Virus record (IMG/VR): IMGVR_UViG_3300017760_000001
Span: 80,436 to 144,435 of that record
DNA length: 64,000 nt
Reading direction: 5' to 3' (one strand)
Origin: a virus
A program made the position numbers and the translations under genes. Below, piece after piece: positions 10,155 to 19,728 of the stretch (positions within the stretch are counted from its first letter, which is position 1; each line of letters opens with the position of its first letter). The notes below the pieces were generated by a model. The model made no database searches, was not told where the DNA came from, and saw only the letters and a list, made by a program, of their open reading frames with translations.

Positions 10155-11237
10155 TTATAGTAACTCATTCAGAGTTATTTCACTATCTGAGTCACCTGTT
10201 ACGCCCACCGCCGTATTGTCACCATCTTCTCTTCTTTTATTGACCCAAGTGAATCTATCCTGATCCAATGTTTCTAGTGCAGATAGACCCATTGCAGAAC
10301 CACTGTCATCATCATCTTCATCAAATGTTGGTGAATCTGGACGTAAAAATTCCAACAAGTTACTATGTAGACCTTGTAATTCGCTGATAGATACATCTTC
10401 GACATCTTTAATGTCATTACCCGCTGGATTAGGATATGTACCTTTACTGCCCATACTCATTCTAAATTTCATTTCATCTCCTCCTAATCCTGAAAGTGGA
10501 ATGTCGAATAGTGCGGTATGATCAGCAATACCCAACGGATGACGTACGTTAGCAATACTCTCAACTTCTTGAGGCGGAATGTCCAGTAAGCCTGGGGGCG
10601 GTTGTATTTCAAAGTCAATATCAACCACACCTTGAAGTTGTACCTGAGAACCCAAGTACATACCAGCAGGGTGAACAAACAACTTGTAAATTTCTCTCCA
10701 TTCATTGATCGACAATTCACTTTTAATTTGAATAGCATATGTCTGATATAGTTTATCATCAGTCAAGAATCTTTGCGATGATGGGCCAACCTCAGATTCG
10801 TTCAATGTGAATATTTGTTTCTTTGTATAAACTACGTCTGGATCTATACCAAAGAATGTACGGAAGAACTGTTGTATCGAATACTTAGTACCCTTTGATC
10901 GATACAATGTATTCGAGTACTTTGCTGCCTCTCTCTTATCTTGGAATCCTTCGAAGTAGGATTGTCCCAAAAGTAATTCGTCTTCTAGGAATGATAACAG
11001 ATCTATGTCTGTCTGTGTAATATCTCTTAACGTAAACAGTTCATTCAAAAGATCTGTCGGCGAACCCGACTGTTCTTCAAAATGGAAGTACGTTTCCAAT
11101 AACTGTACTAACTTCGGATAATTCTCAACAATATGGTCGGGTAAAACCTCCTCGACTTTATAGTGACGAAGGTTTAACTCCCTCCGACCTAAGTCGTGTA
11201 ACGTTTTGTCCTGATGTCCGTTACTATTTAAATTCAT
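10155..11237 (-). CDS. Baseplate wedge initiator, short gp7-like
   Basis: LPDHIVENYPKLVQLLETYF, LYRSKGTKYSIQQFFRTFFG, VHPAGM motifs; lies between gp6 and gp8/9. Confidence 0.7.
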   Translation of the reverse strand: MNLNSNGHQDKTLHDLGRRELNLRHYKVEEVLPDHIVENYPKLVQLLETYFHFEEQSGSPTDLLNELFTLRDITQTDIDLLSFLEDELLLGQSYFEGFQDKREAAKYSNTLYRSKGTKYSIQQFFRTFFGIDPDVVYTKKQIFTLNESEVGPSSQRFLTDDKLYQTYAIQIKSELSINEWREIYKLFVHPAGMYLGSQVQLQGVVDIDFEIQPPPGLLDIPPQEVESIANVRHPLGIADHTALFDIPLSGLGGDEMKFRMSMGSKGTYPNPAGNDIKDVEDVSISELQGLHSNLLEFLRPDSPTFDEDDDDSGSAMGLSALETLDQDRFTWVNKRREDGDNTAVGVTGDSDSEITLNELL

Positions 11238-13066
11238 TAGTTAGTCGCTGTTGTTAGTACACCATCCGATTTAGATGCTGACTCGTCATATACCAAGACA
11301 TCATTTCTTGTCGGGACAATAAGAGATTGATTGCCAGGGAATATGGAAATTTTAATTTGTGTTTGTCCACCTATCAAAGAATCAACTTGTAAACCAACTA
11401 AATGAACATCACCTTCAATTGTAAAATAACCTACGTCATCTACTTCAATTCGATTGTCCTGTAAGTTAATTACTTGTAAAGTGTTGCTACTCAACTTATT
11501 TTTTATTTGACACGTAACACCATTTAAAGTAAAGTTTGTTGACGAAATAATGAAAGTGTCGTCATCTGGGTTAGCAATATCAACTGGGAATTTTAATTTA
11601 TAATCATACTTTCCGCCCAGTATTGGAGTAATTCTCTGTTGCATTTTAACATCAGCACGTGAAGAAAGAACAGAAGGCGAAACGTCATCTATCAATGTTA
11701 GTAGATTCGAACGCCTAAATGCTAGATCAAATTTACCTGTATTTTCTGCAAAGTAATTTCTTATGACATCATCGATCTGAGACTTAATAGTATTCAGAGT
11801 CAAAGATGTCAACCTTTCGTTAAACTGAAAACGTGTGTCAAGTTCAACGAATGTGGTTACAGGGTCAGCAAACTTCAAATCAAAAGAAGCGATAGCTAAT
11901 TGTTCTGCGAGATCTATAATGGATTCTTTTGTTCTATTAACAGTATTCTCTGGAATTTCTGAGTTAAACAGAACCGACATATAAACACAACCATATTCTT
12001 TAATTATGTTGTCCTCTCCGCCCCAAGACTTGATATCTCTAATCAAGGACGAAAAGTTACGTAACACAAGAGACGAATAGTCCGCATGAGTCACCATTCT
12101 ATTCTGAGCTGCATATTGGAACGGTGCGTTCTTACGAATAGATTCTATTGATTCTTTATCAGCGCCACCAGAACTTCTGGTTTCGGTTGTTATTGTTGGA
12201 ACCTGATCTGTATCAGGTGCGACATTCGCTATAGCTGAAATTGGTTCGAATATTTCCGCAAAGTTTGCATCTGCGCCAGAGACGGACAAATACTCAACAA
12301 CAATCTTGTTGCCTGGTTGAGGTGTCTTACCTAATGTAGTACCGTTACCGAATGTAAGTTCAAAGTAACCATTAGGCATTTCTTTTAGAATGTAAATGGT
12401 AGTATTTTCGTTCAAGACATTGGTGTCTAAAATATTGTTATAGGCAGCAAATTCCTCAGAAGTTGAACTAGGGTAAACTTTAACCACCGCAGTAGTAAGA
12501 TCTAAATTTGAGTCTGGTATAATGTATGTCACATTCTCTGTATTATCACCAGAAATAAATGTTTTAGTTTTTGCAATACCTTCTTTGATAGGAATAACAT
12601 TAGTGCCGTTGTCTAACTTAAACTCATAGAATCCAAAACCATCATTGGTTGCGGTTATAGTTTCTGTAGTTTGGAATGTATAATCAACATCGTCAACGGC
12701 TGATGTGAATTTGTATCCAGCTGCGAGGGATATTCTAGGACTGGGATTGTTAATACCAGATAAATTCAATGACATCTTTATTTCCGCAGATGATCCGTGT
12801 TTACTATCAGGAATATAACCGATACCCTCAGAAAGAGATACCAAAGAACTACGAAGTTGTGCAGTTCCAAGAAACGCTTCGTTCAAAGCAAAGTTAGCTG
12901 TCAATCCATTTATGTGAGTATTGTATGCCAACACATCGAGAATGTTCGAAAGACCCGATGCCTCAAAATTAAAGTCTTTAAATTCTTTTTCTTGTTCTAG
13001 ATATTCTTTCAGATTATTCTTAATTGACTGAAAGTCTAACGCTGTTGATTTAATCGTTGTCGCCAT
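11237..13066 (-). CDS. gp6: Baseplate wedge protein gp6
   Basis: LDFQSIKNNLKEYL, DFNFEASGLSNILDVLAYNTH, GGADKESIESIRKNAP, QNRMVT..DY. Confidence 0.95.
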   Translation of the reverse strand: MATTIKSTALDFQSIKNNLKEYLEQEKEFKDFNFEASGLSNILDVLAYNTHINGLTANFALNEAFLGTAQLRSSLVSLSEGIGYIPDSKHGSSAEIKMSLNLSGINNPSPRISLAAGYKFTSAVDDVDYTFQTTETITATNDGFGFYEFKLDNGTNVIPIKEGIAKTKTFISGDNTENVTYIIPDSNLDLTTAVVKVYPSSTSEEFAAYNNILDTNVLNENTTIYILKEMPNGYFELTFGNGTTLGKTPQPGNKIVVEYLSVSGADANFAEIFEPISAIANVAPDTDQVPTITTETRSSGGADKESIESIRKNAPFQYAAQNRMVTHADYSSLVLRNFSSLIRDIKSWGGEDNIIKEYGCVYMSVLFNSEIPENTVNRTKESIIDLAEQLAIASFDLKFADPVTTFVELDTRFQFNERLTSLTLNTIKSQIDDVIRNYFAENTGKFDLAFRRSNLLTLIDDVSPSVLSSRADVKMQQRITPILGGKYDYKLKFPVDIANPDDDTFIISSTNFTLNGVTCQIKNKLSSNTLQVINLQDNRIEVDDVGYFTIEGDVHLVGLQVDSLIGGQTQIKISIFPGNQSLIVPTRNDVLVYDESASKSDGVLTTATN

Positions 13067-13525
13067 TTATCTTAACCTACTTAGTACGGTAGTAAATTCC
13101 ACTAGTTCCCCAGTGTTTATTATTTTAAAAATAACAGTTACTTCTGCTGAGTTATTGTCTGGTTCCATGTTAACAAGTATTTCTAATGAAGAAACATCGA
13201 CACGAGGTTCGAAAACTTCAATAGCATTTCTTATTTCACGAATCATTGATCTTTCTGTATGTTGATCTGATAACTCAAACAAATAGTCATACAGGTTTGC
13301 GCCATAGTAAGGATTGAATGGTTTTTCTCCTTGATTGGTCAACAAAAGATTTCTAACCGCAAATTTGACTGACTGAGCATTAAACTTTTTAAACACATCT
13401 TTAGTAGTATTTGATAATGCGAGAGAAATATCTAAATCCGAATATTCTTTGTTCTGTGTTGTTTTCACAGTCGAAAGATTGATTAGATCTTTATCTTCTA
13501 TTGATAATGCTCTTTGTGTTGCCAT
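13067..13525 (-). CDS. gp25: Baseplate wedge protein gp25
   Basis: YSDLDISL, VRNLLLTNQGEKPFNPYYG, FEPRV motifs; directly upstream of gp6. Confidence 0.92.
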   Translation of the reverse strand: MATQRALSIEDKDLINLSTVKTTQNKEYSDLDISLALSNTTKDVFKKFNAQSVKFAVRNLLLTNQGEKPFNPYYGANLYDYLFELSDQHTERSMIREIRNAIEVFEPRVDVSSLEILVNMEPDNNSAEVTVIFKIINTGELVEFTTVLSRLR

Positions 13526-13551
13526 AATAGTCTCTTAAATAACCTTGTATC

Positions 13552-13559
13552 TATTTATA
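13552..13559 (-). promoter_or_regulatory. T4-type late promoter TATAAATA
   Basis: Exact match upstream of gp25. Confidence 0.8.
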
Positions 13560-13563
13560 CATT

Positions 13564-14160
13564 TTAGTTCAACTTTACTTCAACTAATTCACCACTAGTC
13601 AGAAGTTTTCCGTTGTAATTTGTTGCGATACCAAGTTTAAAGTTTATATCAAATGATTCTGGGACATCAGGCATTTCTACTACAATCTGTGAAGTTAATG
13701 AACCATCTGGATTGTAGATATCATAGTCTAGAGTTATCTTGTCATAGAAACAATAGTCTTTCCAATATTCCGCCACATCAAATGTTGCGGTGTGATCTAT
13801 CTTGCCTTCTCTATCAATAACTTGATATACTACAACACGACCATTTTGTTTTTTAATATTATCTCCCCCAACTGTCTCTAGAGGGCCACCTTTGTATATT
13901 CCTTCACTCACAATCAGACGTACATCATTGAACAACTCGGTATTACCATTGATTGTTCTGTACATCTCTGCATGTAGATAAAGGTTACGTGCAATCTGTT
14001 TCCTTTCTTCTGCCGTACCGATATGAGAGAACGGTGTCTTGTCCCCATACGCACCAAGGTATTTCGCAATGGTTACGCCTGGCGCTAACTTAGTTCTCGA
14101 TGAGATCTTATCTCCATCAAGAAAGTTTGGATTGTAAATTGGATCTGGTAATATAATCAT
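13564..14160 (-). CDS. gp5-locus protein, degenerate peptidase M15A-like fold (inferred)
   Basis: Co-linear similarity by eye to the M15A endolysin at 54181-54648, without the Zn ligands. Confidence 0.45.
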   Translation of the reverse strand: MIILPDPIYNPNFLDGDKISSRTKLAPGVTIAKYLGAYGDKTPFSHIGTAEERKQIARNLYLHAEMYRTINGNTELFNDVRLIVSEGIYKGGPLETVGGDNIKKQNGRVVVYQVIDREGKIDHTATFDVAEYWKDYCFYDKITLDYDIYNPDGSLTSQIVVEMPDVPESFDINFKLGIATNYNGKLLTSGELVEVKLN

Positions 14161-15587
14161 CCTGTAAACCTCTTTCCTCTGCTACCAATAGAATTACCAA
14201 TAGGAACACTACCGAAACGTGAAGACTGTTTCTTCGATGCAGTTCTACCAATCTTAGGTGGACTCGTATTGTCGTAGTCAGCATTCAATCTACCTTCACC
14301 GACCATCTTGTTTCCAATAAGAGAACGGTTAGCTGTGTCACGAATCGTAGATCGAATCTCTTGTGTAGATGGAACCTTTTCGAATAGTCCTTCATAGTCG
14401 TCACGTAGAAGTATTTTGTTCTTCAATACGTCACCAGCATCTATAGTCACGGTGCGTACAGAGAAGGGCCCCATAGTCATCATCGCACCAATCGCATCTG
14501 CAAGTGGTACTGGTTTCTTAGGTGTCATAGACTCTTGTGATTCTGTGGCAGCCTTCCATCCGCTTGGTGGTGATCCAGCTGCACCTATCGCACCAGCAGT
14601 TCCTGCCTTCCCTGCTTCTTTTGCCTTATCTGCTTTGTTCGCATTGTATGACTTGATCGCTTCCGTTGCCTGTCCGTGGAATGATCCGTAGAACGCAGCA
14701 CCAGATGCAAATGGAACCGCACCTTTTGGCCCCATGTAAACTGGTGAAGTCATCTCTACCTGTTCACCACCGATCACACCTTTCATACCCATGACCGATA
14801 ACTCTGCACCTGTGATTGCCATTACTGGTGCGGTCTGAATGTATTCGTCCTTTGCAGTCATGATCAAACGATTGTCAGTAAACACATTGAGTTCTCCCTC
14901 AACATGTTCTTTAGAATATCCTTTAGTCCACTCAGTGTTGTTACCTAAAACGAGTTCTGTCTTGTTCTCTACGGTCTTGTACGAAGCAGACTGTTTAGTG
15001 ATATGTTCTGTGTTACCCGATACTTCGGTTCTCTTGTTCAACAATACATGTTGCTTATTGTGTCCATGTATGTTAAGATTGTGGTTACCACCTACGTCCA
15101 TATTCCAGTCACCTGTAACCGTCTGGTTAAGATTACCTTTATAGACCATCTCTGCATCACCCTCTACGATGACCGTATTGTCTCCTCCAGTCACCTCGAC
15201 TTTATTGTTCGGGGATGATATAATGATAGAACCGTCCGCTCGCATTTCAATACCACCACCTTTACGGTGTTTGATAAGAATACGTTCACCGCCTGGGGTG
15301 TCATCGTGTTCAACAACATGACCAGATGCAGTCTCCATAACCTGATTGAATGGATACTGTGAAGGTTGTTGATCTTCTAGGTTGAGTGATACATTGAAAT
15401 CCCCACCCCCAAGATATAATTCGTTTACTTCAAAACCACGAGCCGCATAGTTTATGGAAGACGAATAATGATAATTTGTCTTGGGAAACTCGCCTGTAGG
15501 ATCTTGGAACCCATCAAGTGGTACACCAAGAGTTTTTTCCTTAGCGACATTTTCCCCTAAATTTTTCTTTTTGTTTTGTACTGTCAT
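14157..15587 (-). CDS. gp5 C-terminal part (baseplate hub needle, beta-helix)
   Basis: YPFNQVMETASGHVVEHDDTPGGERILIKHRKG followed by VxGxxxxxVxG beta-helix repeats. Confidence 0.85.
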   Translation of the reverse strand: MTVQNKKKNLGENVAKEKTLGVPLDGFQDPTGEFPKTNYHYSSSINYAARGFEVNELYLGGGDFNVSLNLEDQQPSQYPFNQVMETASGHVVEHDDTPGGERILIKHRKGGGIEMRADGSIIISSPNNKVEVTGGDNTVIVEGDAEMVYKGNLNQTVTGDWNMDVGGNHNLNIHGHNKQHVLLNKRTEVSGNTEHITKQSASYKTVENKTELVLGNNTEWTKGYSKEHVEGELNVFTDNRLIMTAKDEYIQTAPVMAITGAELSVMGMKGVIGGEQVEMTSPVYMGPKGAVPFASGAAFYGSFHGQATEAIKSYNANKADKAKEAGKAGTAGAIGAAGSPPSGWKAATESQESMTPKKPVPLADAIGAMMTMGPFSVRTVTIDAGDVLKNKILLRDDYEGLFEKVPSTQEIRSTIRDTANRSLIGNKMVGEGRLNADYDNTSPPKIGRTASKKQSSRFGSVPIGNSIGSRGKRFTG

Positions 15588-17509
15588 TGTGGTTTCTTCG
15601 TTATCAATTCATCTGGTGTTAATGACTGGTCTTTGATTAGATCTTGGTACACCGAACTTTTGCGGAACAACGTCTCAACATACTGTGAGACATCAAAGTA
15701 TGGATCTGTAACTAAAGGTTCGATTTCATTGTGTCCGAACACTTGTCCGCCATGATACCTACGGTAGAATGCTTCACACACTGCCTCTAAAGTTGACATC
15801 TGTTCACGTGTGTAAGATTGGGGGGATCGATATTGGTCTGGATTCTCACAACCTGTCGAACAGTTTAGACCCCCTACTAGACAAACATCTATAGATCTAA
15901 CATCGTGTCCTCTAAGTTTACTTGATTGCCCTGTCGTGTCTAGGGGACGACCTCTTTGTAATTTACCATCTCTTCTTATGACAAAATGATATTGCAGACC
16001 GTCTAAATCTTTGTCATTATGTTCTATATGAAGTTCTTCGGAACCAATGTTTTGATTAGTGTAAGTATCCGATGCGTGGACAATCATTTGTGTTATAACA
16101 CGTTTTATCTTTCTAAATTCGGCACCTAGTTCTTCTTTAGAATCGACATATGTAAAAGTGTTGAAGGCAGTTTTTTGGCCATTAAACTTAGCAAGTGTTT
16201 CACCGAGATCATATTCTTCAACCACAAAGTCATCAGAACTTTTAATGAGTGTTCCTGAAATTGTGGTGTCGAGTTCAAGTAGTTCATCAGCCACTTCAAA
16301 AACTCGTGTCTCAACTAGATCTATTTCTGTTTGTGGAATCTGAGAACTTCTAGCTTTAACTTTTAATGTTGCAACGAAAGTATCATTGTCTATACCATCG
16401 GGTATCGAACCAATAACACTTTTCATTTCCGAACTGAATGTAGTATCTTTTTTGATGATATCCTGAGTAGCTTTGTCTCTATTTTCTTTACTATCTTTCA
16501 ATGCATTATTAGTTATCTCGGATACTTGATCGGTAGGTAGTCGGGCATTACTAGTAAAAATTCTAATTTTAGATGTCACATCATTTGTTATATCTTCAAC
16601 AATGTCTTGTAACAAACCGAGTCCAGTCTTTACTTTAGGTTTGTTGAAAAAATTATCAAGACTGGTTTGTGATTTTACTAAATCCCCTAATGATGGATTT
16701 GTACCACTAATAACTTCTTCTGCTAACTGATCTAGTGATGATCCGATAGAGTTTAAATTAGGTGTAGAAGGCGCATCGATGTTACCGATGGCATTTGTCA
16801 CATTACTCAGGTCAGGCGCATTGATATTTAAAGAAGGAATTGATGAAACTTCCTTTGCAACTTCTGATATCATGTCTTTTGCTTTATCTAATAATCCAGT
16901 GACAGCACCTAGTCCACCATCCGCACCACCACCAGTACCAGATGCAGCTTTCGCTTCCGCAGCAACACCTTCAATTTTTGATTTCAATATGTTTGATTTA
17001 CCAGTCGCATCACTCGCAGTCGCATCAATAGCATCTAATGAAGAACCACCAAGTGTCTGAATAGGCAATTTAGGAACAGTTGTTTCTTTCAGTCCAGTAA
17101 GTTGAGATAATACCGATGATACAGGTTGGTTCTCTGTTGCACCTGCTGTTATTGTTGTTTCTGCCTGACCGTAAGAATCGGTGTCCGTGACGGTAGTCGC
17201 AGTAAACGTAGGAACTGACAAGTCGAGTTCTACAGATGTTGGATTGGGTATACCAGAGATACCAGTAACCTCGTCGCCAAAGGAACACATCGCATCACCC
17301 AGAGATGTACTGCCTGCAAAATCAACTTTGCTCTCTAGTGATTCGATACCAGCATGTATACTGCCAGGCCCATCACCCAGAAGAGTCGCATTCTTTGCGA
17401 AGTTCTTTTCTACTAGATCGTTAACATTATTCTGTATGTCTTTACCAAAACTCTGTCCTGTTTGGTTTGATAGTAATCTAGAATTTAATTGATTTTTATT
17501 TAGTGGCAT
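15584..17509 (-). CDS. Virion-associated protein with C-terminal N-acetylmuramoyl-L-alanine amidase (Amidase_2/T7 lysozyme-like)
   Basis: IVHAS...YHFVIRRDGKLQRGRP...SIDVCLVGG...VFGHNE...DPYFDV; long low-complexity N-terminal linker. Confidence 0.8.
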   Translation of the reverse strand: MPLNKNQLNSRLLSNQTGQSFGKDIQNNVNDLVEKNFAKNATLLGDGPGSIHAGIESLESKVDFAGSTSLGDAMCSFGDEVTGISGIPNPTSVELDLSVPTFTATTVTDTDSYGQAETTITAGATENQPVSSVLSQLTGLKETTVPKLPIQTLGGSSLDAIDATASDATGKSNILKSKIEGVAAEAKAASGTGGGADGGLGAVTGLLDKAKDMISEVAKEVSSIPSLNINAPDLSNVTNAIGNIDAPSTPNLNSIGSSLDQLAEEVISGTNPSLGDLVKSQTSLDNFFNKPKVKTGLGLLQDIVEDITNDVTSKIRIFTSNARLPTDQVSEITNNALKDSKENRDKATQDIIKKDTTFSSEMKSVIGSIPDGIDNDTFVATLKVKARSSQIPQTEIDLVETRVFEVADELLELDTTISGTLIKSSDDFVVEEYDLGETLAKFNGQKTAFNTFTYVDSKEELGAEFRKIKRVITQMIVHASDTYTNQNIGSEELHIEHNDKDLDGLQYHFVIRRDGKLQRGRPLDTTGQSSKLRGHDVRSIDVCLVGGLNCSTGCENPDQYRSPQSYTREQMSTLEAVCEAFYRRYHGGQVFGHNEIEPLVTDPYFDVSQYVETLFRKSSVYQDLIKDQSLTPDELITKKPQ

Positions 17510-18397
17510 TTATTCACCTACAAGGTTTTGAAGATCAACTACAATTTTGTCGATACTTTGAAAATCAATATCTTTCTTTAGTCCCAAATAGTATTTTGCA
17601 AATACTCTCTGGCAACTATTTTTTGTATCTTTTTCTAAGGTTGTGGTTCTTTTTAATCGTATGTTAGCAGCTGCTTGTGAACTATTTAGTTCATATTTAA
17701 CAAACACTAACTGTGAACTATACTTTCTCCAATCACTAGTAAATCTTTTTAGTAAAAGTTTTCTTTCGTTTTTCCATCCAGCTATACCTAATGGGTTAAA
17801 CTCATCTTCCTTTACAACCGCAGTGTTATTTAAATTAGATCTATTTAACAAACCAGCAATAATACCTATAGACTGATTCAAAGTATAACCAGCGTTCATG
17901 AAGTATTTTATTCCTTCCAATTTACGTTTTTCAATCGTATCCCCAGGCACATCACCAAACTCTTCATCTTCTACTTTTTTCGAGTCGATGACTTGTATCT
18001 CTTGGTCATAAAAAACAACGTCTTGATCTATTCTTTCCATCACGGTTGAAAATTGAACTTGTCTCTGTACACGAGTAGGATACTCTATTTTAGGAATCGA
18101 CCCTACAACTATAGGAACCTGTGACGCTTTACCGTCCATGAAAAATCCGAATACAGTCGCACCTGAAGTGAGTCTAGGTGTTCTACCTAACCCAGACACT
18201 CCACCTTCGGTTGTAGGTAATACTACTTGGGCCCAAGGAAGGTCGTTCTGGGGTATCTCTCTTGTTGATGGATTGTGTACACCGTGGACACGAATCTTAA
18301 CACGACCTTCATATCCGTATGGGGGTGTGTGGTCAACAACATCGGCAATAAACCAACGAGTGTTGTCTCCGTAAAATTCTGATTGGATTGCCTTCAT
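17510..18397 (-). CDS. gp5 N-terminal OB-fold fused to degenerate phage tail lysozyme-like domain
   Basis: GRVKIRVHGVH...DLPWAQVVLPTT...VFGFFMDG..SQVPIVVGSIP; C-terminal GYTLNQSIGIIAGL...GIAGW..ER. Confidence 0.85.
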   Translation of the reverse strand: MKAIQSEFYGDNTRWFIADVVDHTPPYGYEGRVKIRVHGVHNPSTREIPQNDLPWAQVVLPTTEGGVSGLGRTPRLTSGATVFGFFMDGKASQVPIVVGSIPKIEYPTRVQRQVQFSTVMERIDQDVVFYDQEIQVIDSKKVEDEEFGDVPGDTIEKRKLEGIKYFMNAGYTLNQSIGIIAGLLNRSNLNNTAVVKEDEFNPLGIAGWKNERKLLLKRFTSDWRKYSSQLVFVKYELNSSQAAANIRLKRTTTLEKDTKNSCQRVFAKYYLGLKKDIDFQSIDKIVVDLQNLVGE

Positions 18398-19728
18398 TAT
18401 CCCCTCACTAACTTACAAACCGACATGACAACATCATGTCGAGTGTTTTTAAATGTGTGCCTAACATTGTATATTAAGAAATCTCCACTACGTAACAGAT
18501 CCAATGTTTCAGATGTTGTTGTGTCGCCATCATCTGATATAGTGTTAACAGTAACAATATCGCCAACACTTGCTTTGGAAACAATAAACCCTGCGCCAGG
18601 CACTGTAATCTCGAACATATTTTTTAATAACATGTTGCGGATAGCGTAGTTACCTATTTTTGTGGTGAAACTTCCAGGCTTTAACTCATCATGATAACTC
18701 TTCCAAGTTCCATATGTACCAGTAGATGTTATCTGGTGAAATATTTTAGCGTTCACATCATGCAAATGTTCATTTTGTATTAAAAACTCTTCAGGATAAA
18801 TGTTCTGTTGCTTTTCTTTGGGTATTATTTCATTATCTTTTAATTTATCGATAACCTTTGTCACATCAAAGTGTTGAGAAGTTACTTGACCTGTATTTAA
18901 ATTTGTGTTATTATAAACTGCACCAATGCCACCCGACATCATTTGTTTCATTGTATTCTGCATTTTTGCCGTTCGCATAGTTTGAACTTGCATTGTACGA
19001 TGGAGTGGTGATTTTTCTTCTGTCTTCTTAACATTTGATGGGGAGTAAAGATACGGAAGTTTTTCGTTCCAAGGGTTTTGTTCCAACATCTTATCGAGAC
19101 TACCCAATCTTAAATTGGTATCATGTATAGAAGCATACAAGAATAATGGACAACCATTTACTGTGGTCGCACGATCTCTCAACCACTCACATGCCTCAAG
19201 TGGGTGCATGTATGGTATGAGTACTTTAACATTATTTTGAACTGAAGGATATAAGTATGAAACGTCAACTTGTTTTTTTAAGTCTTGAATACATATTTTT
19301 GTTATCTCAGATTCTAACGAATCCGTAATTGACCTACTAACCTTTCGTGTTCTGCTATAAAATGCATGTTCATCTAAAATTGTAAATAAATATACACTCG
19401 CCTGTCCAGCATCGTTTGATTTAATCGATTGATCAATACTGGTCATGATAAATGTTCTAGACATTATTGGTTCTAACGTATCATCTTCAGATGCGAGTTG
19501 AATGAACAATCTTTCCGTACCAGAAAATCCAATAGCGTCAACAAAACCCTGATCATCAGATATAGCAATCTGACCAGAAATATATGGTTTTTCCAAACTC
19601 TCAAAGAAAACTATTTCAACGATGTTGGAATTTATATTTATTCTCTGGTCTTCACCGCCCATCGATTCCGAGGTGATGTATGCCTCAGTAATCTTGTATT
19701 GTGATTGTTGTTCGCTTTTTACACTCAT
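18397..19728 (-). CDS. Putative baseplate hub protein (gp27-like by position and size)
   Basis: FFESLEKPYISGQIAISD N-terminus, SGDFLIYNVRHTF C-terminus; lies between gp53 and gp5. Confidence 0.6.
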   Translation of the reverse strand: MSVKSEQQSQYKITEAYITSESMGGEDQRININSNIVEIVFFESLEKPYISGQIAISDDQGFVDAIGFSGTERLFIQLASEDDTLEPIMSRTFIMTSIDQSIKSNDAGQASVYLFTILDEHAFYSRTRKVSRSITDSLESEITKICIQDLKKQVDVSYLYPSVQNNVKVLIPYMHPLEACEWLRDRATTVNGCPLFLYASIHDTNLRLGSLDKMLEQNPWNEKLPYLYSPSNVKKTEEKSPLHRTMQVQTMRTAKMQNTMKQMMSGGIGAVYNNTNLNTGQVTSQHFDVTKVIDKLKDNEIIPKEKQQNIYPEEFLIQNEHLHDVNAKIFHQITSTGTYGTWKSYHDELKPGSFTTKIGNYAIRNMLLKNMFEITVPGAGFIVSKASVGDIVTVNTISDDGDTTTSETLDLLRSGDFLIYNVRHTFKNTRHDVVMSVCKLVRG

